Assembly (NCBI GenBank): GCA_005888735.1
Contig: VBBN01000029.1
Location: 14,564-78,563 of the forward strand
From: Candidatus Bathyarchaeota archaeon
GTDB lineage: Archaea > Thermoproteota > Bathyarchaeia > 40CM-2-53-6
Length of the DNA: 64,000 nucleotides
Direction: 5' to 3'
The notes beneath the pieces were generated by a model. That model worked only from the letters and a program-made list of their open reading frames with translations, did not search any database and was not told the origin of the DNA. Positions 16,830 through 25,863 of the stretch are shown here, one piece after another (position 1 is the first letter of the stretch; each line of letters starts with the position of its first letter). A program made the position numbers and the translations under genes.

Positions 16830-16847
16830 ATCTCACACGCCCCACCA
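16830..16847 (+). repeat. direct repeat of the tRNA-Pro 3' end (att-like)
   Basis: ATCTCACACGCCCCACCA matches ATCCCACCCGCCCCACCA (16254-16271) at 16 of 18 positions. A further T-arm fragment TCGTGGGTTCGAACC lies at 16403-16417. Confidence 0.4.
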
Positions 16848-17144
16848 CGACGGAACCAGCTGAAACCTACTCGGACGACTAATTTGCAGAGAAGATTAGA
16901 CCCGCAGGTTCACGATTTCCACGCATTCTGACGCCGCCCCGAACGGGCCAGCGAGAAACCCTTCTATGAAGCACCTATTCGTTGCCGTCTTTTCCGTGCT
17001 CGAGTCTTGTCTCGTCATCTTCTCGTCTTTGTCTGTTCGAAGCCCTTCTCATTCTAATCAATTTCCCTTCTCTTCTCCGATTCTCTCACCTCTATCCATT
17101 TCCGCAAAACGAACACGACCCCATAACGCCCAAGTCCGTACGGA

Positions 17145-17525
17145 CTACTCGGCCCCAGTCCTCCGAGAATCGCTGACGCGGTTATCCACAATGCCTATTG
17201 GCAGGAGGAGGAAGCCCCAGATTATCTCGTCAAAATTCACTAGGAAGATTCCAAAGCCGAGCACGACGAGGCCAACGGCTAGACCCACTGCGAGCCTAAG
17301 GGCGTCGACCCTGGCCATTATGTCCATCCGTTGCTTGTCTTCCAGAGACTTCCGTGCTTCGTCCTCTAGAATGCTCTGCTCAAGGGTTTCATGCATCGGA
17401 GAGACTCCAACGAGGCTCTCACCACATACTCCGCAGGTTGTTTTCTCATCTGAACTGATCGATCGACAACCAGGGCATTTCTTCAAGTGTTCCAGAGATC
17501 CCCCGCTTTCAGTGTAATCAGGCAC
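17145..17525 (-). CDS. zinc-ribbon membrane protein
   Basis: It has a CPGCRS-x10-CGVCG ribbon, a charged helix, then TM segments (LAVGLAVGLVVLGFGIFLV). I chose the GTG start at 17525 to avoid overlap with the divergent gene. The start is uncertain. Confidence 0.45.
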   Translation of the reverse strand: MPDYTESGGSLEHLKKCPGCRSISSDEKTTCGVCGESLVGVSPMHETLEQSILEDEARKSLEDKQRMDIMARVDALRLAVGLAVGLVVLGFGIFLVNFDEIIWGFLLLPIGIVDNRVSDSRRTGAE

Positions 17526-17634
17526 AATGTGCCCTTTATTCCTTGGGACAGCAAAAGACTTGAGATAACGTAAGGAGTGACAGTCACCTTTGAGCGGGAA
17601 ACTCCAGGCAAGGGTCTTCCTAGGAAAAAGGGTG

Positions 17635-17943
17635 ATGGCGAAAGTCGACAGGCCGCTCGGCAGCAGACACCCAGAGCACAACGACGTTCGGTATCCTGTC
17701 AACTACGGCTTCGTGCCCGGTGCCCTAGGCCACGATGGTGAAGAGCTTGACGCGTATGTTCTCGGGGTCTCGGAGCCTGTCAAAACGTTCATCGGCAGAT
17801 GCATTGCTATCATCCATCGAACAGATAGTGGCGATGACAAACTGGTCGTTGTTCCTGAGGGACAGGATTTATCGGATGAGCAGATACGCGTCCTAACGGA
17901 TTTCCAAGAGAGGTTCTTCAAATCAATCATTGTCAGACCCTAG
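17635..17943 (+). CDS. inorganic pyrophosphatase-like small protein
   Basis: YPVNYGFVPGALGHDGEELDAYVLG matches the family I PPase core motif, but the protein is only about 100 aa. ATG is preceded by GGTG. Confidence 0.55.
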   Translation: MAKVDRPLGSRHPEHNDVRYPVNYGFVPGALGHDGEELDAYVLGVSEPVKTFIGRCIAIIHRTDSGDDKLVVVPEGQDLSDEQIRVLTDFQERFFKSIIVRP

Positions 17944-18049
17944 CAAGAATACTAGGTCCGACGTTACACCCAACAGCTGGGCAGCCTGTGTCGGCAAACC
18001 ACCCAGTTTGGCGAACCGGTCGTTATAGATTCAAGGTTTAAAGGAACGA

Positions 18050-19279
18050 TTGCCTTCAAACGAACTTACACCCCCGGGACCCGTTTTGACGAGCACCCTT
18101 ATCCCTCGAACCGCAGACTACGAGGTCAAACTGACTGCCGAACATGAGACGCTCAGGAACACTATTCGAGACTTTGCCGAGAAAAAAATCCGGCCAATAG
18201 CTGCCCAGATTGACCATAACAACAAGATTCCCCCGGACCTAATTACTCAGATAGCGAAACTAGGTCTATCCGCCATCACCTACAAGGAAGAGTACGGAGG
18301 CCTAAACGCAGACCTCCTATCTATGGTAATTGCTCTCGAAGAGCTGGCGCGAGTTTCAGCAGCTTGTTCCACGGTTTTTGTGGCGAGTCACTTGGTCTCC
18401 GAACCCATTAATGAATGGGGGAATGAGGAGCAGAAGAAACGCTACCTCGTCCCAATGGTAGCCGGCGACAAGATAGGAGCTCACGCGATGACCGAACCTG
18501 GAGCAGGCTCAGACGTTGCAGGGATCAAATCTACAGCCAAGTTGCACGGGACCCATTGGGAAATCACCGGGCGGAAAATGTTCATCACCAATGGAGAAAT
18601 CGCCGACTACTACCTCGTCTTCGCCCGGACCAGCCCCGCGCCGAGCAAGGCCGAGAGACACAAGGGGCTGAGCGCATTCATCGTTGAACGCGGAACCGAG
18701 GGCTTCCAGGTCGGAAGCAAAATCGAAACAACCGGACTCCGCGGCTCGCAACCCTCCGAGCTAATACTCGACCGAGTCCGTGTCCCAAAGGACAACCTTC
18801 TCGGCAAAGAGGGAGATGGATTCTACATCGGAGTCAAAACCTACGATCGTGGCCGAATAGACGTGTCAGCCCAAGGTGTCGGAATCTCCCAGGCCGCCTA
18901 TGAAGCAGCCGTCAGCTACGCCCAGACACGCACAAGCTTCGACTCCCCGCTCATAGAATTTCAGCAGGTCCAGTACAAGTTGGCGGAGATGGCAATCGGG
19001 CTCCACACCGCCAGGCTTCTCACTTACTGGGCCGCTTCGCTGAAGGACCAGGGCAAGGACTTTGTCAAAGCAGCCTCCATCGCCAAAGTCACAGCGACAG
19101 AAACCGCCGAGAAACTAGCCCTACAGGCCATGATGATTCACGGAGGGTACGGAGTTGCAACAGAATACCCCGTGGAACGCTTCCTCCGCGATTCACAGAT
19201 CATCAAAACATACGAAGGTACGAACGACATTCAACGGCTGACTATAGCCAAACAACTGTTGAGAGAATTGAAAAGATAG
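18050..19279 (+). CDS. acyl-CoA dehydrogenase
   Basis: 409 aa with AMTEPGAGSD and YEGTNDIQRL motifs. A GGTTTAAAGG TATA-like box at about 18034-18043 suggests the real start may be the in-frame TTG at 18086. Confidence 0.9.
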   Translation: MPSNELTPPGPVLTSTLIPRTADYEVKLTAEHETLRNTIRDFAEKKIRPIAAQIDHNNKIPPDLITQIAKLGLSAITYKEEYGGLNADLLSMVIALEELARVSAACSTVFVASHLVSEPINEWGNEEQKKRYLVPMVAGDKIGAHAMTEPGAGSDVAGIKSTAKLHGTHWEITGRKMFITNGEIADYYLVFARTSPAPSKAERHKGLSAFIVERGTEGFQVGSKIETTGLRGSQPSELILDRVRVPKDNLLGKEGDGFYIGVKTYDRGRIDVSAQGVGISQAAYEAAVSYAQTRTSFDSPLIEFQQVQYKLAEMAIGLHTARLLTYWAASLKDQGKDFVKAASIAKVTATETAEKLALQAMMIHGGYGVATEYPVERFLRDSQIIKTYEGTNDIQRLTIAKQLLRELKR

Positions 19280-19427
19280 GCATTTCAAAGCATCTCGATT
19301 CTATATTTGTGACATGTTCTTGGCAAAGAGGAGTCCCGCTCGCAGAGAAACGCCAGGGAATCACGTAGAATCGAAAAATCGGGAGACTGGTCAGAGCCCG
19401 AGACTCAGGCCTTCCGCTGGTCTGATC

Positions 19428-19862
19428 TCAAAGACGAAAGCAGAGAATGCGGGGAAAGTGCAGCCCGATTCCGAAGAAGTGGTACGACACCGACTGCCAT
19501 TCGGTGTAGATACCGTCGCAAGGGGCAGTGTAGACTCTCTGAACGCCCATGACAGGAACCATGAAGACGAAACCCAGCAAGAGCATTGGGAGAAGTAATA
19601 ACAAGGGAAGTGCACTCATCTTCCCGGCCATCAATAGAGCCATGCCTACGGAGACAGGAAAAAGGACGACGAATGAAGGCGCGATCAAAAGGTAGACGTC
19701 GTTGCTGACGGAAATGTTTCCGAAATACACAGAGACTTGCGGGTCCACAATCGACACAAAGTCTGCTACCACTATGAAGAACCCCACGGCGGAAGAGCCG
19801 AGCAGGAACGCGACAAAAGTCCTCCACGGCCAGAAGTCAAGAACCGCTGTCCGACCTACCAT
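19428..19862 (-). CDS. hypothetical membrane protein
   Basis: 144 aa with four hydrophobic segments. The overlapping ORFs have poorer composition. Confidence 0.45.
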   Translation of the reverse strand: MVGRTAVLDFWPWRTFVAFLLGSSAVGFFIVVADFVSIVDPQVSVYFGNISVSNDVYLLIAPSFVVLFPVSVGMALLMAGKMSALPLLLLLPMLLLGFVFMVPVMGVQRVYTAPCDGIYTEWQSVSYHFFGIGLHFPRILCFRL

Positions 19863-20151
19863 TTACTCTCCTTCCCTCTGAACATTCAGGGTGTAGAAGA
19901 GTATAGGGGAAGCAACGTCCTCTCTTTGTACAAAAGCAGAGCCCCAAGAAGACTGCGAAAGTAAGCGAAGGAGCACCACGGGCGTTACGGGGCGCAAGGT
20001 GGACGATTCTGTCATACATTAAGAAACGCTCTAATGTATTTTGCGGATCACTGAAGCCATGCCTACAATTCCAGTTGGTAAAGAGCGTCCGGTAAGGTCG
20101 GAACAAGAGAGAGTTGAAAGGATAGACGAACAAGACCCCCTTCGTTCCTAG

Positions 20152-20514
20152 TTGGAGTCTTCTAGCCTTCTCTATGTCGTCAAATCAATCGTCAAACCGG
20201 AAGTAGAGCGTGAGTGGGACAAGTGGCACTCGGACTCGCACGTACCCGACGTCCTTAAGCAGCCCGGCTTCCTAAAGGCGACCAAACTTCACCGCTCAGA
20301 CTCGATAGATAGCGACCCGGAATATTGGACAATTTACGAGATGACGAGCCTCGAAGCCTTCCAAAGTTACAACAATTCAGAGGCTGCCAGAAGACTCCGA
20401 GACGATCACAAAGAGCGATGGGGAAGCCTTACGAAGCTCGAAAGGTTCGTCCTTGTCAAGACGTTCGAAGCAACAAACCCTCAATCCGAGCCCAAAGCTA
20501 CGGCACGCAAATAA
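20152..20514 (+). CDS. hypothetical protein (small alpha/beta, ABM/EthD-like by pattern)
   Basis: 120 aa. The family assignment from LYVVKSIVKPEVEREWDKWHSDSHVPDVLKQPGF...WTIYEM is tentative. Confidence 0.45.
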   Translation: MESSSLLYVVKSIVKPEVEREWDKWHSDSHVPDVLKQPGFLKATKLHRSDSIDSDPEYWTIYEMTSLEAFQSYNNSEAARRLRDDHKERWGSLTKLERFVLVKTFEATNPQSEPKATARK

Positions 20515-20644
20515 TAGTCCAGCACCTTACTCACGAACCCTACCTTGTAGGTTGGGGAAAATTACAAGAGGTCGATAGACTGCGCTAACCCAAAATACGG
20601 GATCAGGAAACAGATGCAGAACCTCCCCAGCGAAAGATTGGTTT

Positions 20645-20890
20645 CTACTCTTCCACGGCTCGGACCGGGTATGTCCTCATATATTTCTCAATCGCTTCCT
20701 CGGTGCCTATCGTGTCTAGCCGGTCGTCGAATGGCCTTGGATGATGGTGTTGGTCATAGTATCCTGCGAACTTCCATCCTATCACAGCAAGCGCCCCGAC
20801 TTCGATTAGAGCAGTCCACCACCGCATGAACATCAGAATTGAAACGAAAAAGGCGAGGTAGGGAACGAACACGTAGGCGAGAGCTTTCAC
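20645..20890 (-). CDS. small membrane protein with His-rich loop
   Basis: 81 aa with two TM segments followed by DQHHHPRPFDD. It lies directly downstream of the Cys-rich mini-ORF on the same strand. Confidence 0.45.
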   Translation of the reverse strand: MKALAYVFVPYLAFFVSILMFMRWWTALIEVGALAVIGWKFAGYYDQHHHPRPFDDRLDTIGTEEAIEKYMRTYPVRAVEE

Positions 20891-20999
20891 AGCTCACGCT
20901 TTCCTGGGCCCGGTACTTATTGCTATGGGATTCCCAATGCTCGGCGTCACTGACTATCTCCAGTGTTGCTCCGGGGGGCCAGGTCTCGTGCGAGGTAGG

Positions 21000-21086
21000 C
21001 TAGGTTTCCCTCGAGGCCTGTTGCTGGTTCAGCGGCCCGCAACATCCACAGCCGCATCCGCCGCTACAGCAATCGCAACATCCCAT
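21000..21086 (-). CDS. unannotated 28-codon cysteine-rich peptide (metallothionein-like)
   Basis: The reverse strand reads GGTGAAGCGTGGAG-ATG GGA TGT TGC GAT TGC TGT AGC GGC GGA TGC GGC TGT GGA TGT TGC GGG CCG ... TAG, giving MGCCDCCSGGCGCGCCGPLNQQQASRET. That is 9 Cys in the first 16 residues, with an SD-like GGTG/GGAG just upstream. Confidence 0.4.
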   Translation of the reverse strand: MGCCDCCSGGCGCGCCGPLNQQQASRET

Positions 21087-21168
21087 CTCCACGCTTCACC
21101 TCGGATACTTACTTACTAATGTAAAGTATTTAACTTGGGAAGTTACCAGTCCCCAACAAGGTTACCAA

Positions 21169-21522
21169 TTGGTTAGACAGAAAGAGGGAGAACCATGCTG
21201 CGTCTGCCCCTGTCCATGTGAGGGAGTCATCGATATCATCGGCAAGAAATGGGTCCTCTGCGTTCTCGCATTACTCGGAAACAATGGAAAACTACGCTTC
21301 AACCAGCTACTCGCCAAACTGCCCGGCATCAGCGCAAAAACCCTCACCGAGGTTCTCAAAGAAACACGAAGAACTGGTCTTGTAAAGCGGGAAGCCTTCG
21401 CGGAGATACCGCCAAGGGTGGAATATCACCTCAGCAAAGAAGGAAGAGAGCTAACAATTCTAGTCGCTCCACTGATGGCCTGGGCGGACAAGATGGCAGG
21501 ACTCATCGAGCTAGAAACCTAG
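21169..21522 (+). CDS. HxlR-family transcriptional regulator with Cys-rich N-terminus
   Basis: 117 aa. IDIIGKKWVLCVLALL...LRFNQLLAKLPGISAKTLTEVLKE...PPRVEYHLSKEG is the HxlR/DUF24 pattern. The N-terminus EPCCVCPCPCEG is unusually Cys-rich. TTG start. Confidence 0.8.
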   Translation: MVRQKEGEPCCVCPCPCEGVIDIIGKKWVLCVLALLGNNGKLRFNQLLAKLPGISAKTLTEVLKETRRTGLVKREAFAEIPPRVEYHLSKEGRELTILVAPLMAWADKMAGLIELET

Positions 21523-21530
21523 ACCAACGA

Positions 21531-22163
21531 TTGCTGAGCCCCAAACTTATCCTGAACCGCTACAGAGAGTTCGCACAGTCCAATCCAAAATATGGAGATG
21601 CAATCAACCTTACCTATCTTCCACTCCAACGTTATCAAGTCTACGAGAGATGGAAGCCAAAACGCGTCAGGGTCCTCCTCCTCGCCGAGTCTCCTCCCTG
21701 GAGGAAAAGGTCCGTGTACTTTTACAACGAACAACGTTCGGGAGGATTGAGTAAAGCCGTTTTCAAACAGCTCAGCATCAAAGGAGAATCTAAGAGCAAG
21801 AAACTTCGGGAATTCAAAAGAAGACATTTCTTTCTTACAGACACCGTCAAATGTGTCTTTGAGAAACCCAAAATAGGCTCCATGCCTCAGGAGCTCGTCA
21901 GATACAGTGCACGAGAGATTTTGCAAGATGAACTCTTGGCTCTTCGTCCTAGGCTCATTTTGGCTCTCGGAGCGACCGCTCTCGCTGGTTTGAAACAGAT
22001 AGGCCGATTTTCGAGCGCTCTGGGTCGATACCATTCCATAACCGCGGCTTCTGGCAGGTCAGTCACGGTAGGCAAGACCACATTGATTCTGAGTGTCTTC
22101 CCGAACGATAGAAACAAACAGTACGAGAAAAGTATCAAGTCGGCCTTTCACATGATAGGATGA
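21531..22163 (+). CDS. uracil-DNA glycosylase superfamily protein
   Basis: VRVLLLAESPP...FFLTDTVKC...LILALGATALAGL resembles UDG-superfamily motifs. I chose the TTG at 21531. The upstream part of the long ORF overlaps the HxlR gene and looks non-coding. Confidence 0.55.
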   Translation: MLSPKLILNRYREFAQSNPKYGDAINLTYLPLQRYQVYERWKPKRVRVLLLAESPPWRKRSVYFYNEQRSGGLSKAVFKQLSIKGESKSKKLREFKRRHFFLTDTVKCVFEKPKIGSMPQELVRYSAREILQDELLALRPRLILALGATALAGLKQIGRFSSALGRYHSITAASGRSVTVGKTTLILSVFPNDRNKQYEKSIKSAFHMIG

Positions 22164-22176
22164 TTCAATAGGAGTT

Positions 22177-23733
22177 CTACATTGAAGCGTGTTCTAGCTT
22201 CTTCTTCGTTGAGTCCGCTAGCTTGGAGGCTTCTGACCTCAGCGCTGTAAGGCGCTTGCTTATCTTGTCAACGTAGCTCTTGTCCTTGATGGGGTTCAGA
22301 TTGATCAACACATTGCTCGCGGCTCCTTCAACTGCTCCCATGGAAGCGGCGACCGCAGTTGCAACGTCGGATAATGCTGAAGTTGTCCCGATGTCCGCTA
22401 GCTCTCCAGCAAGTTTCAAGGACTGATGGGCAAGTTCAATTGTCGACATGGGAACTTCTGTGGCCTTTATGGTTGCGGCCTGGATTGCTCTCGTTCTTGT
22501 ATCCGCATTGTCCTTAGGCAGCTTGTAGGCTTGGATAACTGAGTCGAACGCGGCAGCGTCCTCCACTACCAGACTTAACAGTTTCTGGCGTAGCTTCTCC
22601 CCTTCACTCACAATCTCCGTCAACCGTACCGAATTGCCGGTAGGCTCTCTCTTTCCAAGGGTTATGCGAGCAACCATGCAAACGAGCCCAGCACCTAACG
22701 CTCCCATGTAGGCTGACACGCTCCCGCCTCCCGGAGTCGCCTTCCTCGACGCCACCTCCTCGCTAAACAGACTAAGGCTACGGTCTGTCAAGGTGTCAAG
22801 CCGCGGGGCGAACAATTTTTCCTCCAAGATTTGGTCGCGGCTGAAATTCTCAAGACGGAGGTAGAACTCGGCCGAGTCTATAATGGCGTCCATCGGCACG
22901 AGGCCTACAACCTCGCTTCCAACTACCGGGACCCCGTACCGTTCTGCGAACAATCTGACCATCTCGTACGCCTTGAACATCTGGCTCTTCCGGAAGTTCG
23001 TTAGGTTCATTGAGACTTGGACTATTCCACGTTCCTTCAACTCGAAACCTAAGGCTTTGACAAAAGCCAACCCACCGTCCTTCGAGCGCAACTCATGCGC
23101 GATCTTCTTTGCCACTGATAGGTTGCTTGTTCCAAGGTTCGCGTTGTAGGCGATGAGAATCTCGCGGGCTCCAACAGCGGTAGCTCCCGCGGTCGGGTGG
23201 ATCTTCTCGGGCCCAAAGTCAGGCTTTCTGGTCGGGTTCTTTCCAATCTCGTCACGGAGCTTTTCGAACTCTCCATCTCGGACATCGGCAAGGTTATGCC
23301 TGTCTGGGGTCGTAGCTGCTTCTTCGTAGAGGAATACTGGGACGTGAAGCTGTTCAGCAAACTCCTTCCCAAACTCCCTCGCCAGCCCAACGCAATCTTC
23401 CATCGTCACCCCGGATAATGGGACAAACGGGACCACGTCGACAGCGCCCATTCGCGGATGTTCACCTTTGTGATGGTTCAAGTCGATGAGCTTGACGGCC
23501 ATACGTCCCGCCGCTAGTGCCGCCTCTTTGACGGAGAATGGTTCTCCTACAAAACTGATGACACAGCGGTTATGGTCAGGGTTCGACTCGACATCCAGCA
23601 GCGTAACTCCGGGAACCGACTCTATCTCTCCGGTAATCGCATCGACAACTTCCTTTCTCCGTCCCTCGCTGAAGTTTGGAACACACTCTACGAGACGCAA
23701 TTTCGCAAGCCGCCGGGCGAAGCTTCCGGTCAT
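22177..23733 (-). CDS. glutamate formimidoyltransferase fused to formimidoyl-THF cyclodeaminase (FTCD-like)
   Basis: The N-terminus LVECVPNFSEGRR... marks the formiminotransferase domains. The C-terminal roughly 200 aa is an all-helical cyclodeaminase-like domain (ATPGGGSVSAYMGALGAGL). Confidence 0.8.
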   Translation of the reverse strand: MTGSFARRLAKLRLVECVPNFSEGRRKEVVDAITGEIESVPGVTLLDVESNPDHNRCVISFVGEPFSVKEAALAAGRMAVKLIDLNHHKGEHPRMGAVDVVPFVPLSGVTMEDCVGLAREFGKEFAEQLHVPVFLYEEAATTPDRHNLADVRDGEFEKLRDEIGKNPTRKPDFGPEKIHPTAGATAVGAREILIAYNANLGTSNLSVAKKIAHELRSKDGGLAFVKALGFELKERGIVQVSMNLTNFRKSQMFKAYEMVRLFAERYGVPVVGSEVVGLVPMDAIIDSAEFYLRLENFSRDQILEEKLFAPRLDTLTDRSLSLFSEEVASRKATPGGGSVSAYMGALGAGLVCMVARITLGKREPTGNSVRLTEIVSEGEKLRQKLLSLVVEDAAAFDSVIQAYKLPKDNADTRTRAIQAATIKATEVPMSTIELAHQSLKLAGELADIGTTSALSDVATAVAASMGAVEGAASNVLINLNPIKDKSYVDKISKRLTALRSEASKLADSTKKKLEHASM

Positions 23734-23829
23734 CGCGTTTAAACTTGACAAACAAAAGCCGAAATGAACACTCACTACTCCTTGCCGGAGGTCGGTTAGG
23801 TTCGGTCGAGAGGCGGGGATACTAGAGTG

Positions 23830-24237
23830 TCAGGTTTGAGGGCCGGGTGAAGGTGAACTCTTGCCGAAGAAGATCTTGACGTTTTGCCGTGTCAGATAGG
23901 CCGGAATTACTACTCCCGCGACAATTCTGATAATACCTCCAATTCCTCCAACCATCCCACCGTAGACAATTTCTGCGACGCCAAGTCCGATTGAGACGAT
24001 GTAGATTATGATGCCCGCCATCCATGCCCAGCCCATTCCGGTGTAGAGCCCAGCCCCTAGGGCAAGGCCGAAGATGCCAAAGATGATCACGACGACTGCG
24101 AGCACGAATGGACCAGTGGCCATTCCGGACAAGACTGAGCTGCCTCCGAAGAGGGACAGTAGGCCTCCCGCGAAGGCAACGGCTGATATTATCGCGACTC
24201 CAACGGGTCCTTTGGGCTTTGCTTGTGGCGATTGCAC
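23830..24237 (-). CDS. hypothetical membrane protein (paralog of the N-terminal part of 54109-54735)
   Basis: 135 aa. It shares GMGWAWMAGIIIY / GKGWAWTLGMVAN and YLTRQNVKIFFGK / YLTRTRVKAFFGK strings with the 54109-54735 product. Confidence 0.55.
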   Translation of the reverse strand: MQSPQAKPKGPVGVAIISAVAFAGGLLSLFGGSSVLSGMATGPFVLAVVVIIFGIFGLALGAGLYTGMGWAWMAGIIIYIVSIGLGVAEIVYGGMVGGIGGIIRIVAGVVIPAYLTRQNVKIFFGKSSPSPGPQT

Positions 24238-24324
24238 AGTATCAGGCTCGCTTGTGAAGAGTGATAAGCCTAGTGAAAGTGGGCGGGGTCTCCGTCTTTC
24301 GATTTTGTCCTTTCGGGTCCCTAA

Positions 24325-24687
24325 CTAGCCAGTCTTCTTTTGTTGTTGTTTAAGCATGACAATCGCCTGCGCAAGGTCTCCGCCGGATGCTTTCAACGCG
24401 TTAGTAGCCTCTTCCACGGAGACTCCCGCCTGCCCCGCCACCAGACTAGCATCTTCAACAGAAGTCTGTACAGCAACACTCTCAGTCCGAACACTCCCTC
24501 CTCCAACTTGGTAAATCGTCTGGCCCTGAACCGTCACCGTCGCCACCTCAGGCCCATCAATAATGATCCTCCGCGTCGGACCCTCCATAATCACAAGAGT
24601 CACATCATCGAGCTGAGTCACCTGCATCCCCATCCGCTTCATCATCCGGTCTGCCTCACGCGGGTTGATCCTACCACGGGGCATCAA
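24325..24687 (-). CDS. nac: nascent polypeptide-associated complex protein (NAC alpha homolog)
   Basis: 120 aa with a NAC domain (MMKRMGMQVTQLDDVTLVIMEG...) and a C-terminal UBA-like segment (VSVEEATNALKASGGDLAQAIVML). Confidence 0.9.
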   Translation of the reverse strand: MMPRGRINPREADRMMKRMGMQVTQLDDVTLVIMEGPTRRIIIDGPEVATVTVQGQTIYQVGGGSVRTESVAVQTSVEDASLVAGQAGVSVEEATNALKASGGDLAQAIVMLKQQQKKTG

Positions 24688-24732
24688 GTCGAGTCCAACC
24701 GGGAGACTATCGGAAGGTGATTGTTAAGCCTA

Positions 24733-25233
24733 TCACGCATCCAACCCATGCCGGACCTTCACAGCCATTCCGACAGTGAAGCTCATCATCTCCGGCGCAT
24801 TGAAGAAACTCCTACCGACAGCTAGCAGCTGATCTCTGCGACCAACTATCAAGACTTCTTCCTCCGGCCGGAGCTCCGGGTCCACCCTAACAACGTGCTT
24901 CGCAAAGACGTTTCCTCCCTTCTTGATGAACTCCTCGACATCAGGCAAAACTCGGACCCGTAGTCGCGGAGGCTTGAACAATTTATGCAACGCCCGTCCA
25001 CCTTGAACCGTTATCGCTAGAAAGCCATCTTTGGCTCGCAGCGTGGCAAGCAACTCGCCGTCCTTGAAGATGTAACGTATCTTGTGAGTCCGAGGCGACC
25101 GAGTGATCTTGATAGTATCAGGAAACGCCTTCGAGGCGCCTCTTCCAAACTGGTAGTCAGCTATTACACGAATTCTGCGGAGCTCATGAAGCTTAGGCGT
25201 GACAGGCTGCAAAGTACGGGGTCCACCGCTCAA
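24733..25233 (-). CDS. PUA domain-containing RNA-binding protein
   Basis: 166 aa with a C-terminal PUA pattern (GGNVFAKHVVRVDPELRPEEEVLIVGRRDQLLAVGRS...MAVKVRHG). Confidence 0.7.
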   Translation of the reverse strand: MSGGPRTLQPVTPKLHELRRIRVIADYQFGRGASKAFPDTIKITRSPRTHKIRYIFKDGELLATLRAKDGFLAITVQGGRALHKLFKPPRLRVRVLPDVEEFIKKGGNVFAKHVVRVDPELRPEEEVLIVGRRDQLLAVGRSFFNAPEMMSFTVGMAVKVRHGLDA

Positions 25234-25353
25234 GCGGCCGAAGTATCGGTTGTGATATCAATTCTACGGCACCTTCTCGGAATGGTCCCGATACCTAATT
25301 AAGCAGGGTCTGACAGTCTTCTAGCAGTTCTCGCCGCGAGGTTATGCTAAGCA

Positions 25354-25863
25354 TTGTTCTGTGAGGTCTGCGGGCGCGAGATAGTCGGCAAGCCGGCACG
25401 TGCCCTTGTAGAAAGAGCCACTCTTGTAGTGTGCAAAAGCTGTGCAGGACTAGGAACCGAACTACCGGGCTTTCCTGAACGCCCACGACCCCGGACGCCT
25501 AACATAGTTGGACACTCGACATTTCGACCCCCGATAGAGAAACTTCCAAAAGCAGTCGAAGAAACTGACCTCTTAGACGACTATTCGCACATCGTCAAGG
25601 AAGCACGCGAAAAAATGCACCTTTCCCAGGATGAACTCGCATTCAAGGCGAAGGAGAAGGTGACTGTCATACAGAAAATAGAACTCGGGAAAATGCTACC
25701 GACAATGCGACTAACAAAAGAACTAGAACATATTCTCCGTGTCAAATTGCTCGTTCCGAAGGAGGAAGAGCTTCCCGCGGCACTCATGAAGTCGCCACCT
25801 AGAGCTGAGGCCACACTTGGCGATGTGGCTTTGGTTCGACACAAGGACGAGAAAGAAGAGTAA
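25354..25863 (+). CDS. mbf1: archaeal multiprotein bridging factor 1 (zinc ribbon + Cro/C1 HTH)
   Basis: The N-terminal CEVCG...CKSCA ribbon and C-terminal HTH (MHLSQDELAFKAKEKVTVIQKIELGK) are present. Confidence 0.85.
   Translation: MFCEVCGREIVGKPARALVERATLVVCKSCAGLGTELPGFPERPRPRTPNIVGHSTFRPPIEKLPKAVEETDLLDDYSHIVKEAREKMHLSQDELAFKAKEKVTVIQKIELGKMLPTMRLTKELEHILRVKLLVPKEEELPAALMKSPPRAEATLGDVALVRHKDEKEE

Noticed and set aside
16966-17517. 183-aa forward ORF rich in S/P/R
   Set aside because: Its low-complexity composition is typical of an antisense frame. The reverse strand encodes a zinc-ribbon/TM protein with sensible features.
21249-21530. Upstream part of the 304-aa ORF 21249-22163
   Set aside because: It overlaps the well-supported HxlR gene in another frame and is R/K/Q/T-rich. 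Only the part from the TTG at 21531 shows UDG-superfamily motifs.
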